A stretch of 64,000 nt of DNA from a virus. Every line of letters begins with the position of its first letter. The first letter of the stretch is position 1. Below the pieces are notes generated by a model, which searched no databases, had not been told where the DNA came from, and worked only from the letters and a program-made list of their open reading frames with translations. The translations under genes were made by a program, and so were the position numbers. This document shows, one piece after another, positions 34,896 to 44,718 of the stretch. The stretch lies in the IMG/VR virus record IMGVR_UViG_3300025892_000009; one strand, written 5' to 3'.

Positions 34896-37769
34896 TTACA
34901 TTAAGTCAACCATGTCGTTATTGAAGTCTGCAACCAGACCGAATTTACTCATAAGATAAGGATCCGCTTGCATTTGATCTGGTCCTGGCATTACTATAGG
35001 CATAGAAGATTCCCCACTACTACCCCCAGGTATTGCGGGTAATGTGGCAGATCTAGATATCTGTTTGACATCTTGGGCAGTCATCTTCTTCTTAGCTTTA
35101 GTTTCTTCCTGCTTGAGTTTTCCTTCATTTAAACTCTTGCCAGTATCTGCCATCGTTGTGCCAAGTCTATTAAACAACTCAGTCAGGGACTCCATGCCCT
35201 GATCCATGGCACTTTTCTTTTCTTCTCCATCCTTTGGTGGATCCTTTATAGTTATATCTCTAAGTGACCTGTCTTCTAAAGCACCCGCAATTAGATTCCC
35301 TTCTTTATCCTTAGCGCCTGGAAGTGCTGACAGTGTGCCATCCTTACTAGGCATTGCAAACTGTCTAGCAGCACCTGCTGCCATATTCTTAGATTGATCC
35401 TCAGAATATCCTTTACTCTTGTTATAATTATAGTTTGCTTGGAAAGATTGATTATATGCATGTGCAATATTTGCATTATCATCAATCTTGATTGATTTCA
35501 GATCATACTTAAAACTACCTCCTTTTCCACGAGAGTTACTTCCCGTAAATTTGCCATGTTTCTTCTTAAGATATGACTTAAATGCAGTAGATTCTGTAAC
35601 TGCTTTAAATTCTGCAGATCCAGGTTTTACTCCTGTGAGATCATCAGGTTTAAAGAAATTATCACTGACAATTTTATTCATCTGCTTGACAGTGACATCA
35701 CCATTTTTCTCAGCGTATCTGAGGATATATCCTTTGTCGTCGTGTGTGATCCTGTCTGAGTTGATAGTATCCTTATTATACTCTGAGGGACTAAAGTCAA
35801 TTTTGCCACCTTCAGCATATCCCTTTATGGTTGGTTTTATTGCACCACCCATAGAGAATTTTGGCATAGCATAACCACCAGCAGATGCTTGACGCATTCT
35901 AGTACTAGTGAGACCTCTATTCTTTCTAGTTGCGGGAGTATCAAACGGTACAACAAATGCACCACCTTGAGAATATCCCTTATATCCTACCCACTCAGTG
36001 CCATGTCCAATAAATGATACATTACGTCCACCATCTAAGGAGACAGGGTATCCAGATTGTGGACCAGATATCCAACCACCACCAGATGCTCTTGGCACTT
36101 GAAGTGCTCCTGGCACTTGAAGTGCTCCTGGCACTTGAAGTGCTCCACCTTCAGAAAATCCTAATAAATTTTTACCCCAATTCCATGCTGCACTTACTGC
36201 ATCCTTCGCGGCACCTAATGGATTTGTCACCAACTTAGCAATAAATCCACTAATATATTTTAGATTAGCAATAATGCCCTGATTGGAAGACAATACCTCA
36301 ATCATCGCATCGTAAAACTTTTCTTCTTTACTAACTAAGGGAGCAATCCCACCAGCAGCAAACGACGGTAAAATAGTAGTCTTTACAGGCTTTACAGGAC
36401 CACCTGCTGATTTACCCTCAACAGATGACTTAGATTTACCTTTCTTAGGTGTGAAGAATTTGAGCACCTCAGTCAGTGCTTTCATGCCCAAAAAGAGCGG
36501 CATGAACATCGCTTTGACACCAAAACCTAGTATCTTTGTGATCAATGGTAGATGTGGTTCGATGGCATCCAAAATGCCATTCATAAATCCACCAACTGCT
36601 TCAAAGAACTCAGTAAAGGTATCTTTGATTGGAGCCATTACTGTATTAAATACATCTCCAATCATGCCGAAGAATTTACCAATAGGCTCAGTAAGAGGCT
36701 CTAGCATACCTCCGATACCTTTACCTATCAATCCACCTGCTGCAGCACCAGCAGCACCCCCTAGAGGACCTCCAATGGCACCACCAATAGCAGCACCAGC
36801 ACCAGCACCTACACCTGCTCCAATTGCCTCAGCACTGGATCCACCAGTTGATGCAACAATTCCTGCAGCAAGAGTACCTGCTCCAATAACTCCAGCAGCT
36901 TTAGCAAATTTACCCTTTGCAAATGTTTTTAGTTTTCCAGCAAGTTTCCCTGCCTTAAACATATTCATTATGCCTTTGCCAACTGTGGCAAGCACCCATG
37001 TCAGTGCTTTTACAGTCGATAAAGGATTCTTAAGAAATGCAATACCAACAAATAATGGTGCTGCAGATAATAGAAATTGTATTGCTCCAAACAGTCCGTT
37101 TAGACTAATAGGATTCTCAAGGAATTTAATGAGTCCATCGAACGCGGATCCGACGAGAAAGCTGGCAACCTCGTAGACGAACTTGCCCAAAGATGCGAGT
37201 CCTTTGGCAAGTTTTGCCATCTTCTCAGGATTTTTCTCCATCCAATCAAGGATGCCAAAAATAACAAAGAATTTGAGAAACATCCCAGCAATTCTTGCCA
37301 GTGCTCCAAATAATCCACCAAATGCTTTCTTAGTATTCTCTTTAAATTCCTTCCTGATCTTACTGAAAAGTCCAGGTTTTCCTTTTTCAGAATCCTCTTC
37401 TCCCTGATCTCTTTTCTTTCTTGCCTCTTCCTTCTTTCTACGTGTTATCTCGTCCTTTTGTCGCTTCTCTTCCTTTTTAGCTATCTTATTTTCATACTTA
37501 ATAATCTTATCAGCATTCTTAATCTGAGTATTGATAGACTTACTTAATGTCTCTGTCAGAGTTGCAACAGTAAGTGATACACTGTTAAGAGTGGCACCAA
37601 TAGAGTTTGTGCCAGATAATAGAGTCTTTACCCCTTCTTGCACCTCTCCCATTGCTGCAGCAGCAGTGAGAGGTGTAAATTGCTTACTAGACGACCCCGA
37701 TGACCCTTTAAAAGAGATCATCTTATAAAGTTTTGCCTTAGGCACCTTTTTGGTTACAGTTTCTGCCAT
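34896..37769 (-). CDS. Tail tape-measure/hub-like protein (957 aa)
   Basis: Charged coiled-coil, hydrophobic G/A-rich segments, repeated xxxGG motifs; paralogous N-terminal architecture with the next gene. Confidence 0.6.
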   Translation of the reverse strand: MAETVTKKVPKAKLYKMISFKGSSGSSSKQFTPLTAAAAMGEVQEGVKTLLSGTNSIGATLNSVSLTVATLTETLSKSINTQIKNADKIIKYENKIAKKEEKRQKDEITRRKKEEARKKRDQGEEDSEKGKPGLFSKIRKEFKENTKKAFGGLFGALARIAGMFLKFFVIFGILDWMEKNPEKMAKLAKGLASLGKFVYEVASFLVGSAFDGLIKFLENPISLNGLFGAIQFLLSAAPLFVGIAFLKNPLSTVKALTWVLATVGKGIMNMFKAGKLAGKLKTFAKGKFAKAAGVIGAGTLAAGIVASTGGSSAEAIGAGVGAGAGAAIGGAIGGPLGGAAGAAAGGLIGKGIGGMLEPLTEPIGKFFGMIGDVFNTVMAPIKDTFTEFFEAVGGFMNGILDAIEPHLPLITKILGFGVKAMFMPLFLGMKALTEVLKFFTPKKGKSKSSVEGKSAGGPVKPVKTTILPSFAAGGIAPLVSKEEKFYDAMIEVLSSNQGIIANLKYISGFIAKLVTNPLGAAKDAVSAAWNWGKNLLGFSEGGALQVPGALQVPGALQVPRASGGGWISGPQSGYPVSLDGGRNVSFIGHGTEWVGYKGYSQGGAFVVPFDTPATRKNRGLTSTRMRQASAGGYAMPKFSMGGAIKPTIKGYAEGGKIDFSPSEYNKDTINSDRITHDDKGYILRYAEKNGDVTVKQMNKIVSDNFFKPDDLTGVKPGSAEFKAVTESTAFKSYLKKKHGKFTGSNSRGKGGSFKYDLKSIKIDDNANIAHAYNQSFQANYNYNKSKGYSEDQSKNMAAGAARQFAMPSKDGTLSALPGAKDKEGNLIAGALEDRSLRDITIKDPPKDGEEKKSAMDQGMESLTELFNRLGTTMADTGKSLNEGKLKQEETKAKKKMTAQDVKQISRSATLPAIPGGSSGESSMPIVMPGPDQMQADPYLMSKFGLVADFNNDMVDLM
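36093..36146. repeat. Three perfect 18-bp tandem repeats encoding (GALQVP)3
   Basis: tggcacttgaagtgctcc at 36093, 36111 and 36129. Confidence 0.95.
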
Positions 37770-37772
37770 GGG

Positions 37773-40700
37773 TTATTGTGTCAGCATGGGTGAAGGTTTT
37801 GTATGAACCACAGTGGGTCTACCACCACCTACATTATTTATTACAGGTTGCACCACTTCATTAGTAATTACTACTGGTGCTGCTGAATCCATTTCATCGT
37901 CTATTTGTTTCTGAGCACGCACTTTAGATCTAGTTTGCACTGCACCCCACTTCTTACTAACATCATCTCCAATATTTGCCTTATCGATTAAAGTTCTTGC
38001 TCTAACTGCAGATTCAGCAGCCTCTCCACGAAATGTGCTATTACCAATAGAAGATTTTTGTAGTCTTTCATCATTATTAGATAATCCAAGTCCTTTGCTG
38101 AATGCATCTCTGAAACCAACTTTGAATAGAGACACTAAAGAATCAAGACTTTGCTCTAAAGTTTGTGGTTGCGTTTCTGTTGTTGTTTCCGACGTTTCTG
38201 ACTGTGATGACTGTGATTGGTTTCCTTCTCCAGTTGTAGATGAATCTCCAGTAATATTTTTAGCATCACCAATTTGTGTAGATGGTTTGATTGATCTAGG
38301 TGCCTTCCACCACCAAACATCTCCATTTGGTAATTGATTTTGGAAGATCTCCTTATTCATGAAATAATACTTACCAGGACCACTTGTCTTACTATCAGCA
38401 CTGTTAGTTTTCTTCCAAGTGCCCCCTTTGTTTAGTTGTCCAAATGGATCATGAACCACAAATCCATTATTTTTGTAACCAACGACCATACCCCAGTGAC
38501 CCGATCCCTTGTATTTGAATCCAACTGGGACAGGATATCCAGCATCAACTTCTTTTCTTAAATCGCTATGACTACCACCAAACCGTAAATCAGAATCAAT
38601 ACCTAGATCTTTAAGTGCTCTTCTTTGAGGCTCTTTCTGAGTAGAAATACCATACTTACTACGAATCTTATTATATTCTTCAGATGACATCGACTTATCG
38701 AGAAGTTGCGATGCCCACATTGCCATTGTGGTTGAATAGCACTGTGTATCACCAGGGCGACCATATTTGTCTGCACTGTTTGCTCTCTGGTTTAAGTAAG
38801 GTACATTTTCAATGATCTTACCACCCTCTGCAGCAAACTGAATACCAGCACGCTTACTACTTCCAGTTTCCATCACACCTGCTTCATCATTACGACGCCA
38901 GCTATTGATACCACCGTTATGACTTGCTAATTTATTACGATACACATCAACAACTGGACCGTAATCACCACTATTCAGTGCCTGTTTTACAATACCTCTG
39001 ATACCAGCACCATCTAAAGATCCATAGTTAAAGACTACAGACTCAAGACCTGCTTTTACTTTATTAGGTGCCTTATTATAGTCACTACCAACCTCATCAA
39101 TGAGACGCTGACGGTGCTCAATAATATGCTTAGACTTGATCCAATATGCTTCCTCTTCAGTAATCGTGTCACCACGTTTGACCTTACCAGACTTACGGAA
39201 TCCAGATGGATAGTAGGTTGCACCAATACCAATGGTAGGAATTTCCCAACCATAGTTAGCATCGGCATATGCCTCTAGTCTTAGTCCCTCATAATCACCC
39301 AACAGTGCTGCAAACTTCTCATCAAATCCACCACCGATGGTTTTGGGAGTTGTGCCACCAGGTCCACCACTGCTAGTGTTGCCACTAGAAGCATTACTAC
39401 TACCACCACCGTTGTCCATGCCGCTAGATTCAGCAGGTCTGGTAGTTTTCTTTCCCTGTAGTCCTTGTAGGAAAACGACTAACTTTTGTAAGATACCTGC
39501 AATACCATTCCTTTTATCGGACATCAACTCAAGCAGTTTGTCTTGCTTTCTTTCAATTCTGAGGGATTGGGGCACATTTCCACCCATTGCCATAGGAACA
39601 GGACCACCTGCTGCTCTACCCATACCATCAAGGTCTGTTAGTCCAAATGTAAGAAAGTCAACATATCCAGCTGCAACACTCTTAGGATCCATTAGGCGCT
39701 TGGCAGCACTAATGACCATTTGGACTGTCTTACCTATGGCATTAAAGACTCCTTTCAATACGAAATCAATAAAGTCCTTTAGGATTCCAACAACATCAAA
39801 GAGGATACCAACAAATGCCCCAACAAACTCAAATAATGCTCCAAATAACTCCTTGAAAGGTTGAAATACTTCTCCAAAAACACCACCTACGACTGTAGTT
39901 AGCATCTTAAAGTATCTACCAATAGGTCCAAAGATAGGCTCTAAGATAGGACCAATAGTTTTACCTACCCATTCTCCTAGGAATCCACCAATCATATTAC
40001 CTAGGATCGGTGCTAATGGTCCTAAGAAGGGTGCAACTGCAGTTAACGCTGCAGCACCAGCAATACCACCTACTGCTTGTCCAACACCTGCCCCTACTGC
40101 AGTACCTGTAGATTCTCCACTAGCAAGACCACCAGCAATACGAGTAACACCACCTAAAACAGCAAAACCACCAGCAACTTTACCAGGATTTGCCTTAGCA
40201 AATCGTCCGACTCCTCTAGTAAACTTTTTACCAGCAATTCTTCCTCTCTGCTGGAGCTTTCTTAGGGGACCTTTCTTACTATTATACTGACCCTGCAATC
40301 TCCCATCAAGCTCATCCTGATATAGACTGGATTGATATCCTTTGCCTGCACCTTTCGCTCTCTTTGCATCTTGTCGTCTAGCAGACTTTCGCATCTGCTC
40401 TACTTCTTCTTTAGTGTAGATGACGCCCGTCTTCTTATCTCTATATCCAGTACTTCTTCTTTCAGCAGAGACTTCTCCCTCTACTTCCATCAATGCATTT
40501 TTATTAAAAATACCTTTAACAAAGTTGATGTCCTGCATCAACTTCCATGGCATTATGACATATGATGCTAATTTTAATGCAGCAATGCCACCAAATAATT
40601 GAAGTGCTCCAAAAAGAAATCTAAAACCTCTTGCAACAATATTTTCATTAATGCCGTTTGCACTATGATCACCAAATAGATTGGTGAGTCCATTCATCAC

Positions 40701-41249
40701 TGTGCCAATACCAAAGAAAGCAATATTTTTGGCAAACTTGCCAATAGCAAACATTAATTTGAATAGTTTTACTACCTTATCTGGATTCTTCTCCATGAAG
40801 TCCAAAACACCAAACATAATAAAATATTTGACAATCGTCCCTAGGATACCTCCAATTGCACGAAAAAATCCCTGGATTGGTTTCTTAATCGTATCTAATC
40901 TTTTCTTCTCGTCTTTCTTTGCATCCTTAGTGCCTGCTTCAGCATCGTTTTCTGCTTTATTTCTTTTCTTTTTCCCAAATAGTTTCGTTTGAAATTTCTT
41001 TAGTTTATCGGCAAATGTTTCTTTTCTTTTCTCCTCATCCTCAATTACTTTTATCTTCCGCCCATATTGATCCCTAAGGAATTCTCTTTCAAACTCAATA
41101 AGTTTTCTACTTTGCTCTAAATTGGTCCCAACACCGTACAATGTCGTGCCAAGACGATTGACGCCTTTACGAATTCCGTTAAAATTAGTGCCAATGTTTG
41201 TCTTGGCACCAAAAGGTTTAATTTTTACGAAACTACGGATAGTAGACAT
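37773..41249 (-). CDS. Tape-measure/hub-like protein with lysozyme (GH24-like) and C39-like peptidase domains
   Basis: YEGLRLEAYAD...PTIGIGAT lysozyme motif; VPYLNQ...QCY...GHW...HDPFG Cys-His-Asp triad. Confidence 0.75.
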   Translation of the reverse strand: MSTIRSFVKIKPFGAKTNIGTNFNGIRKGVNRLGTTLYGVGTNLEQSRKLIEFEREFLRDQYGRKIKVIEDEEKRKETFADKLKKFQTKLFGKKKRNKAENDAEAGTKDAKKDEKKRLDTIKKPIQGFFRAIGGILGTIVKYFIMFGVLDFMEKNPDKVVKLFKLMFAIGKFAKNIAFFGIGTVMNGLTNLFGDHSANGINENIVARGFRFLFGALQLFGGIAALKLASYVIMPWKLMQDINFVKGIFNKNALMEVEGEVSAERRSTGYRDKKTGVIYTKEEVEQMRKSARRQDAKRAKGAGKGYQSSLYQDELDGRLQGQYNSKKGPLRKLQQRGRIAGKKFTRGVGRFAKANPGKVAGGFAVLGGVTRIAGGLASGESTGTAVGAGVGQAVGGIAGAAALTAVAPFLGPLAPILGNMIGGFLGEWVGKTIGPILEPIFGPIGRYFKMLTTVVGGVFGEVFQPFKELFGALFEFVGAFVGILFDVVGILKDFIDFVLKGVFNAIGKTVQMVISAAKRLMDPKSVAAGYVDFLTFGLTDLDGMGRAAGGPVPMAMGGNVPQSLRIERKQDKLLELMSDKRNGIAGILQKLVVFLQGLQGKKTTRPAESSGMDNGGGSSNASSGNTSSGGPGGTTPKTIGGGFDEKFAALLGDYEGLRLEAYADANYGWEIPTIGIGATYYPSGFRKSGKVKRGDTITEEEAYWIKSKHIIEHRQRLIDEVGSDYNKAPNKVKAGLESVVFNYGSLDGAGIRGIVKQALNSGDYGPVVDVYRNKLASHNGGINSWRRNDEAGVMETGSSKRAGIQFAAEGGKIIENVPYLNQRANSADKYGRPGDTQCYSTTMAMWASQLLDKSMSSEEYNKIRSKYGISTQKEPQRRALKDLGIDSDLRFGGSHSDLRKEVDAGYPVPVGFKYKGSGHWGMVVGYKNNGFVVHDPFGQLNKGGTWKKTNSADSKTSGPGKYYFMNKEIFQNQLPNGDVWWWKAPRSIKPSTQIGDAKNITGDSSTTGEGNQSQSSQSETSETTTETQPQTLEQSLDSLVSLFKVGFRDAFSKGLGLSNNDERLQKSSIGNSTFRGEAAESAVRARTLIDKANIGDDVSKKWGAVQTRSKVRAQKQIDDEMDSAAPVVITNEVVQPVINNVGGGRPTVVHTKPSPMLTQ

Positions 41250-41434
41250 TAGAGAGACATACGATTTTTCTCTTGGGATTGCCGTCTTTCCTCTTCAGCA
41301 ATGTATGCTAATAGGAGATTCACATATACATCTCTTTCCCACGGCATCATATTCTCCAACTCAGAGAGAGAATACTTATGATGTTGCATCAATGCAAAAT
41401 TGGTCTTGTAGTAATTTTCAAGACTATCATGCAT
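41249..41434 (-). CDS. gp51: Baseplate hub assembly protein gp51
   Basis: NYYKTNFALMQHHKYSLSELENMMPWERDVY. Confidence 0.9.
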   Translation of the reverse strand: MHDSLENYYKTNFALMQHHKYSLSELENMMPWERDVYVNLLLAYIAEEERRQSQEKNRMSL

Positions 41435-41439
41435 TAGGG

Positions 41440-42144
41440 CTACTCGAAAAAACTTGCGAGACCCTCTAGGACGATATCAGATTTCTTTTTAGTTTTAGGA
41501 TTTTGAATTTCAAGTGTGTAGGACAACTTAGGCATAGTTTCAAAGAAATTTTGAATCTTGACAAATTGATCAGAGTTTAGATTCTCCAAAAAGTCAAGTG
41601 CTTCCTGTTTCGTGAAACTGTCATAAATTTCCTCATCATCATATACTTGAGAGATGCATCCAGCAGCAAGTGCGAATACATCATCAATCCCAGGATTATC
41701 AGACATATTTTGATTGACAAATACTTCCAAGGAAGGATATTTCATGATCACCCCAACTGTATCATCTAGTTTGATTTTAGTTGTGTGCCCTTCAGGCACA
41801 ACTACCTCAATCTGATCAAGGGGGATTTGTACAGTTACTTGAGTTTCATCATCATCTGGACAAGTGACTTTAAATTCACTGACCTCACCAACTGCTTTAC
41901 CTCTAATTTTTAGAAAGATGTACTCGATCTCAAATGTAGAGAGATCTTCAACTTTATTCTTTAGATTTGTGCAGTTTTTGACAATAGTTTTAACTGCCTT
42001 GATCATTTCTTTATCGTTTTGTGACTCCATCGCGAGATAGAGAAGTTTCTCTTCTTTTACAAGAAAAGGACGATAAGCAACTTTTGTATCCGAAAGAGGC
42101 AGAGTCAATTCGTATTCAGGAATTGCAAGCTTTGGTAAAGGCAT
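41440..42144 (-). CDS. gp26: Baseplate hub subunit gp26
   Basis: MPLPKL...YRPFLVKEEK...FLKIRGKAVGE...CPDD...FFETMPKL...LEGLASFF. Confidence 0.92.
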   Translation of the reverse strand: MPLPKLAIPEYELTLPLSDTKVAYRPFLVKEEKLLYLAMESQNDKEMIKAVKTIVKNCTNLKNKVEDLSTFEIEYIFLKIRGKAVGEVSEFKVTCPDDDETQVTVQIPLDQIEVVVPEGHTTKIKLDDTVGVIMKYPSLEVFVNQNMSDNPGIDDVFALAAGCISQVYDDEEIYDSFTKQEALDFLENLNSDQFVKIQNFFETMPKLSYTLEIQNPKTKKKSDIVLEGLASFFE

Positions 42145-42169
42145 AATACACCATGATTATTGTAAGTAT

Positions 42170-42913
42170 TTAGATGCCAAACTGAGCAACATCTACTTGC
42201 TCTTGAGTATATCCAAGTGTAGTTGCAGCAAAATCGAAAGTATTGATTACTTTATCACCACCAGTATTTGTGAATGGCATGACACCATCACCCACAGTAT
42301 CAAATCGGTATCTTTCATAATAAAATGAGATATCCAATTTAATTAATGATGTAGGTCCATTATTCAATGTGATAGCAGACATATCAAATGGAAATGCCCC
42401 ATATAACATCCATGCACCAGTAACACGATTCAATCTAGATCTGGTCTTCTGACCAGATGAGTTTCTACCCTCATATACAACAGGGGATCCCAATTCCCAT
42501 TTCTTTATAGTGATATTGCTGGTATATTCACTGTAGAATGTAACTCTGTTTTCAGCATCAGATGCTGTAAGATTCATCCATTTTTCAAATAACTGACGAT
42601 GATATAGACTCTTAGGAAGAAGAAATGAGATCGTCATCTCTGAAAATGAGGTATCAGTGGCAAATCGACGCATTGCACCAACACTTCTTATCTGCCCTGT
42701 AGTAATTCTTCTACCAGGAATAGTTACATCATCCGCAAGAGCATTAATTGCATCATAGTGTTTTCTAATATTACCAGAAATATCAGGATCTGCTGCTACA
42801 ATTCCTGGCAAACCAATTTCAACACCATAAAGATTAGATCTAGAGGGCTCTAACTCTCCAGATGTAACCAGATTCATAAAACGGGTAAACCCGTTATCCA
42901 TACGAAATGACAT
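42170..42913 (-). CDS. Tail tube family protein (gp19/gp54-like tube initiator)
   Basis: TIPG, FEKWM, AFPFDMSAITL, FYYERY motifs. Confidence 0.7.
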   Translation of the reverse strand: MSFRMDNGFTRFMNLVTSGELEPSRSNLYGVEIGLPGIVAADPDISGNIRKHYDAINALADDVTIPGRRITTGQIRSVGAMRRFATDTSFSEMTISFLLPKSLYHRQLFEKWMNLTASDAENRVTFYSEYTSNITIKKWELGSPVVYEGRNSSGQKTRSRLNRVTGAWMLYGAFPFDMSAITLNNGPTSLIKLDISFYYERYRFDTVGDGVMPFTNTGGDKVINTFDFAATTLGYTQEQVDVAQFGI

Positions 42914-43383
42914 TAGAGTCTGCTCCAGATAAAGCTACTAGGGACATCAATCATCCTTCCTACCCTTGACATGGTAAATTGCTCAATTGGAAGTGGGGTC
43001 ATATTATTGAGATCTACACGCCTTACTGTTTTAATTTGGCGTGCGTTTGACATGAAATATTTATGGTAACAACGCTGAGGAAATGCGTTGCTTCCACTAG
43101 ACCAACTTTGACAAATAGATTTCCTTACAGAAGGTCTCAAATAATGTATATTTCCACCTGAGAATTGTGCATTAACAGTATCTTTATCCGTAATCAATAC
43201 CATAGGATACTTATCATAGAAAGGTAGTTTCTCAGTTGCTGCAGAATAATTGAATAGAATAATATCACCAACTTCAAATCCACCAGAATAGTCTTCCAGT
43301 CCATACATCAATTGCTCTCTATACCAATCTTTAGATTGCTTTTTGCCAGATGCTAAATCTTTAACATCAGTAAAGACGCTCAT
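42913..43383 (-). CDS. gp2: DNA end protector protein gp2
   Basis: SKDWYR, F-Y...KLPFYDKYP, GGNIHYL, YHKY, LPIEQF. Confidence 0.8.
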   Translation of the reverse strand: MSVFTDVKDLASGKKQSKDWYREQLMYGLEDYSGGFEVGDIILFNYSAATEKLPFYDKYPMVLITDKDTVNAQFSGGNIHYLRPSVRKSICQSWSSGSNAFPQRCYHKYFMSNARQIKTVRRVDLNNMTPLPIEQFTMSRVGRMIDVPSSFIWSRL

Positions 43384-43814
43384 ACCTTTAGTTCCTTTTC
43401 TGTGAGTATCATAAATTGCATTTTACGATCAGCACAATATTCTTTTGCCGCTTTCCACTTTGCATCATTTACAGCATAAGTTTTAATCTCTGTCAAATAT
43501 CGTTTCGTAACTTTTTTCTGTGCTTTTGGTGGAGCACATTGTGCTTTTGGTTTTATCTCTACGATATATTTCAGAGTTTTTCCAGTTCTAGTACGTGCTT
43601 TGATATAGAAATCTGGGAAATATCGATGAAAACGATTGTCCACAGGACTCACATATGGAATAACAATAGTTTCACTTCCCCATTCTAGAATATTCTCATT
43701 CTTGTCGCACCAAACCATAAACTTTCTTTCCCACAAAGACCTATAAATAATATTTGTAGGATCACCCTTATACTTATTTCTATTTGATGGTCGGAATTTT
43801 CCAGAATAACTCAT
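43380..43814 (-). CDS. gp4: Head completion nuclease gp4
   Basis: MSYSGKFRPSNRNKYKGDPTNIIYRSLWERKFM...YFPDF...VEIKP...NDAKW; true ATG at 43814 (ORF track extends to 43880). Confidence 0.92.
   Translation of the reverse strand: MSYSGKFRPSNRNKYKGDPTNIIYRSLWERKFMVWCDKNENILEWGSETIVIPYVSPVDNRFHRYFPDFYIKARTRTGKTLKYIVEIKPKAQCAPPKAQKKVTKRYLTEIKTYAVNDAKWKAAKEYCADRKMQFMILTEKELKV
43742..43749 (+). promoter_or_regulatory. T4-type late promoter for gp48, inside gp4
   Basis: TATAAATA, 64 nt upstream of the gp48 ATG. Confidence 0.65.
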
Positions 43815-44718
43815 GACTCTTCTTATATACCCTAGGTCTAAACCATATGGGGCTAATTCAACGAATAGTAGATCCGCCATCTCTGAGAGCGCAGCGTATC
43901 CTACAGAGGTAATCGATTACCTCAAGTTTAATATCCTCGATCCTATCGATGATACAATCGAGCATACACTATATTTATACTTACCATCCAAATTGAGTGA
44001 AACATATACTGCAAAGTATAATGGTGTTGAATTAGGTGCAGTTGGTAATGCTGCTGTCAACGCGGCGAAGGGGGCAATTGATGCTGGTGGTATTGGGGAA
44101 AGTTTCGCTGCTAATGTGGAGCAGTTTGCTTCTGCAGCAAAACCTGCTCTAGGATACTCTATGGGTGCAGGTATTATTAACCAAGTTGTCCAAAAAACTG
44201 GGGGTAGTGGTAGTCTTTCTAGAGATAATCTTTCTGCTCTAACTCAAAAGAAAGTTTTTAACCCCTACGAAGAAACAATTTTCCAAGGAACAACATTTAG
44301 AGATCATACTTTTAGTTTTAAAATGGCACCAAAAGATGCCACTGATGTGCAAACTATTGTTAAAATTATCAATACCTTTAGACAATCAATGCTTCCTGGT
44401 AAAGATGGTGAGAACTGGTTGACTCTACCTTATAGTTTCCAAATGGAAATTATGAGATATGAAAGTAAAGGTGGTGACGAAATTCTTACCGCACCTGGTG
44501 ATAAAAAGGGCGTTTTAGCAACGTTGATGAGATTCCCTAATAAAATGGTTATGACTAATATGAGTGTAGATCTATCTCCCGATGGAAACTACTCATCGCT
44601 ACAGACACGTATTCCTGGAGCTGATCAGACGGTAGATTACGGTCCAGTTTCTTACAATATGACCTTATCATTCCAAGAAACAAAATACCTCACCCGCGAA
44701 GATTATCCAAACGTATAA
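43813..44718 (+). CDS. gp48: Baseplate tail-tube cap gp48
   Basis: LYLP, FNPYEETIFQG..FR-H-F-FKMAPK, YGPVSYNMTLSFQE. Confidence 0.85.
   Translation: MTLLIYPRSKPYGANSTNSRSAISESAAYPTEVIDYLKFNILDPIDDTIEHTLYLYLPSKLSETYTAKYNGVELGAVGNAAVNAAKGAIDAGGIGESFAANVEQFASAAKPALGYSMGAGIINQVVQKTGGSGSLSRDNLSALTQKKVFNPYEETIFQGTTFRDHTFSFKMAPKDATDVQTIVKIINTFRQSMLPGKDGENWLTLPYSFQMEIMRYESKGGDEILTAPGDKKGVLATLMRFPNKMVMTNMSVDLSPDGNYSSLQTRIPGADQTVDYGPVSYNMTLSFQETKYLTREDYPNV
43972..43979 (-). promoter_or_regulatory. T4-type late promoter for gp4, inside gp48
   Basis: TATTTATA on the plus strand (TATAAATA on the minus strand). Confidence 0.55.

Noticed and set aside
36451-37176. Long plus-strand ORFs (also 777-1163, 1275-1790, 31373-31804, 31826-32263, 39337-39864 and others)
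   Set aside because: They are antisense shadows of well-supported minus-strand genes, arising from codon bias in Gly/Ala-rich regions; no motifs or promoters support them.
43815-43880. N-terminal extension of gp4 given by the ORF track
   Set aside because: The conserved gp4 sequence starts at MSYSGK (43814); the extension is simply antisense to gp48.
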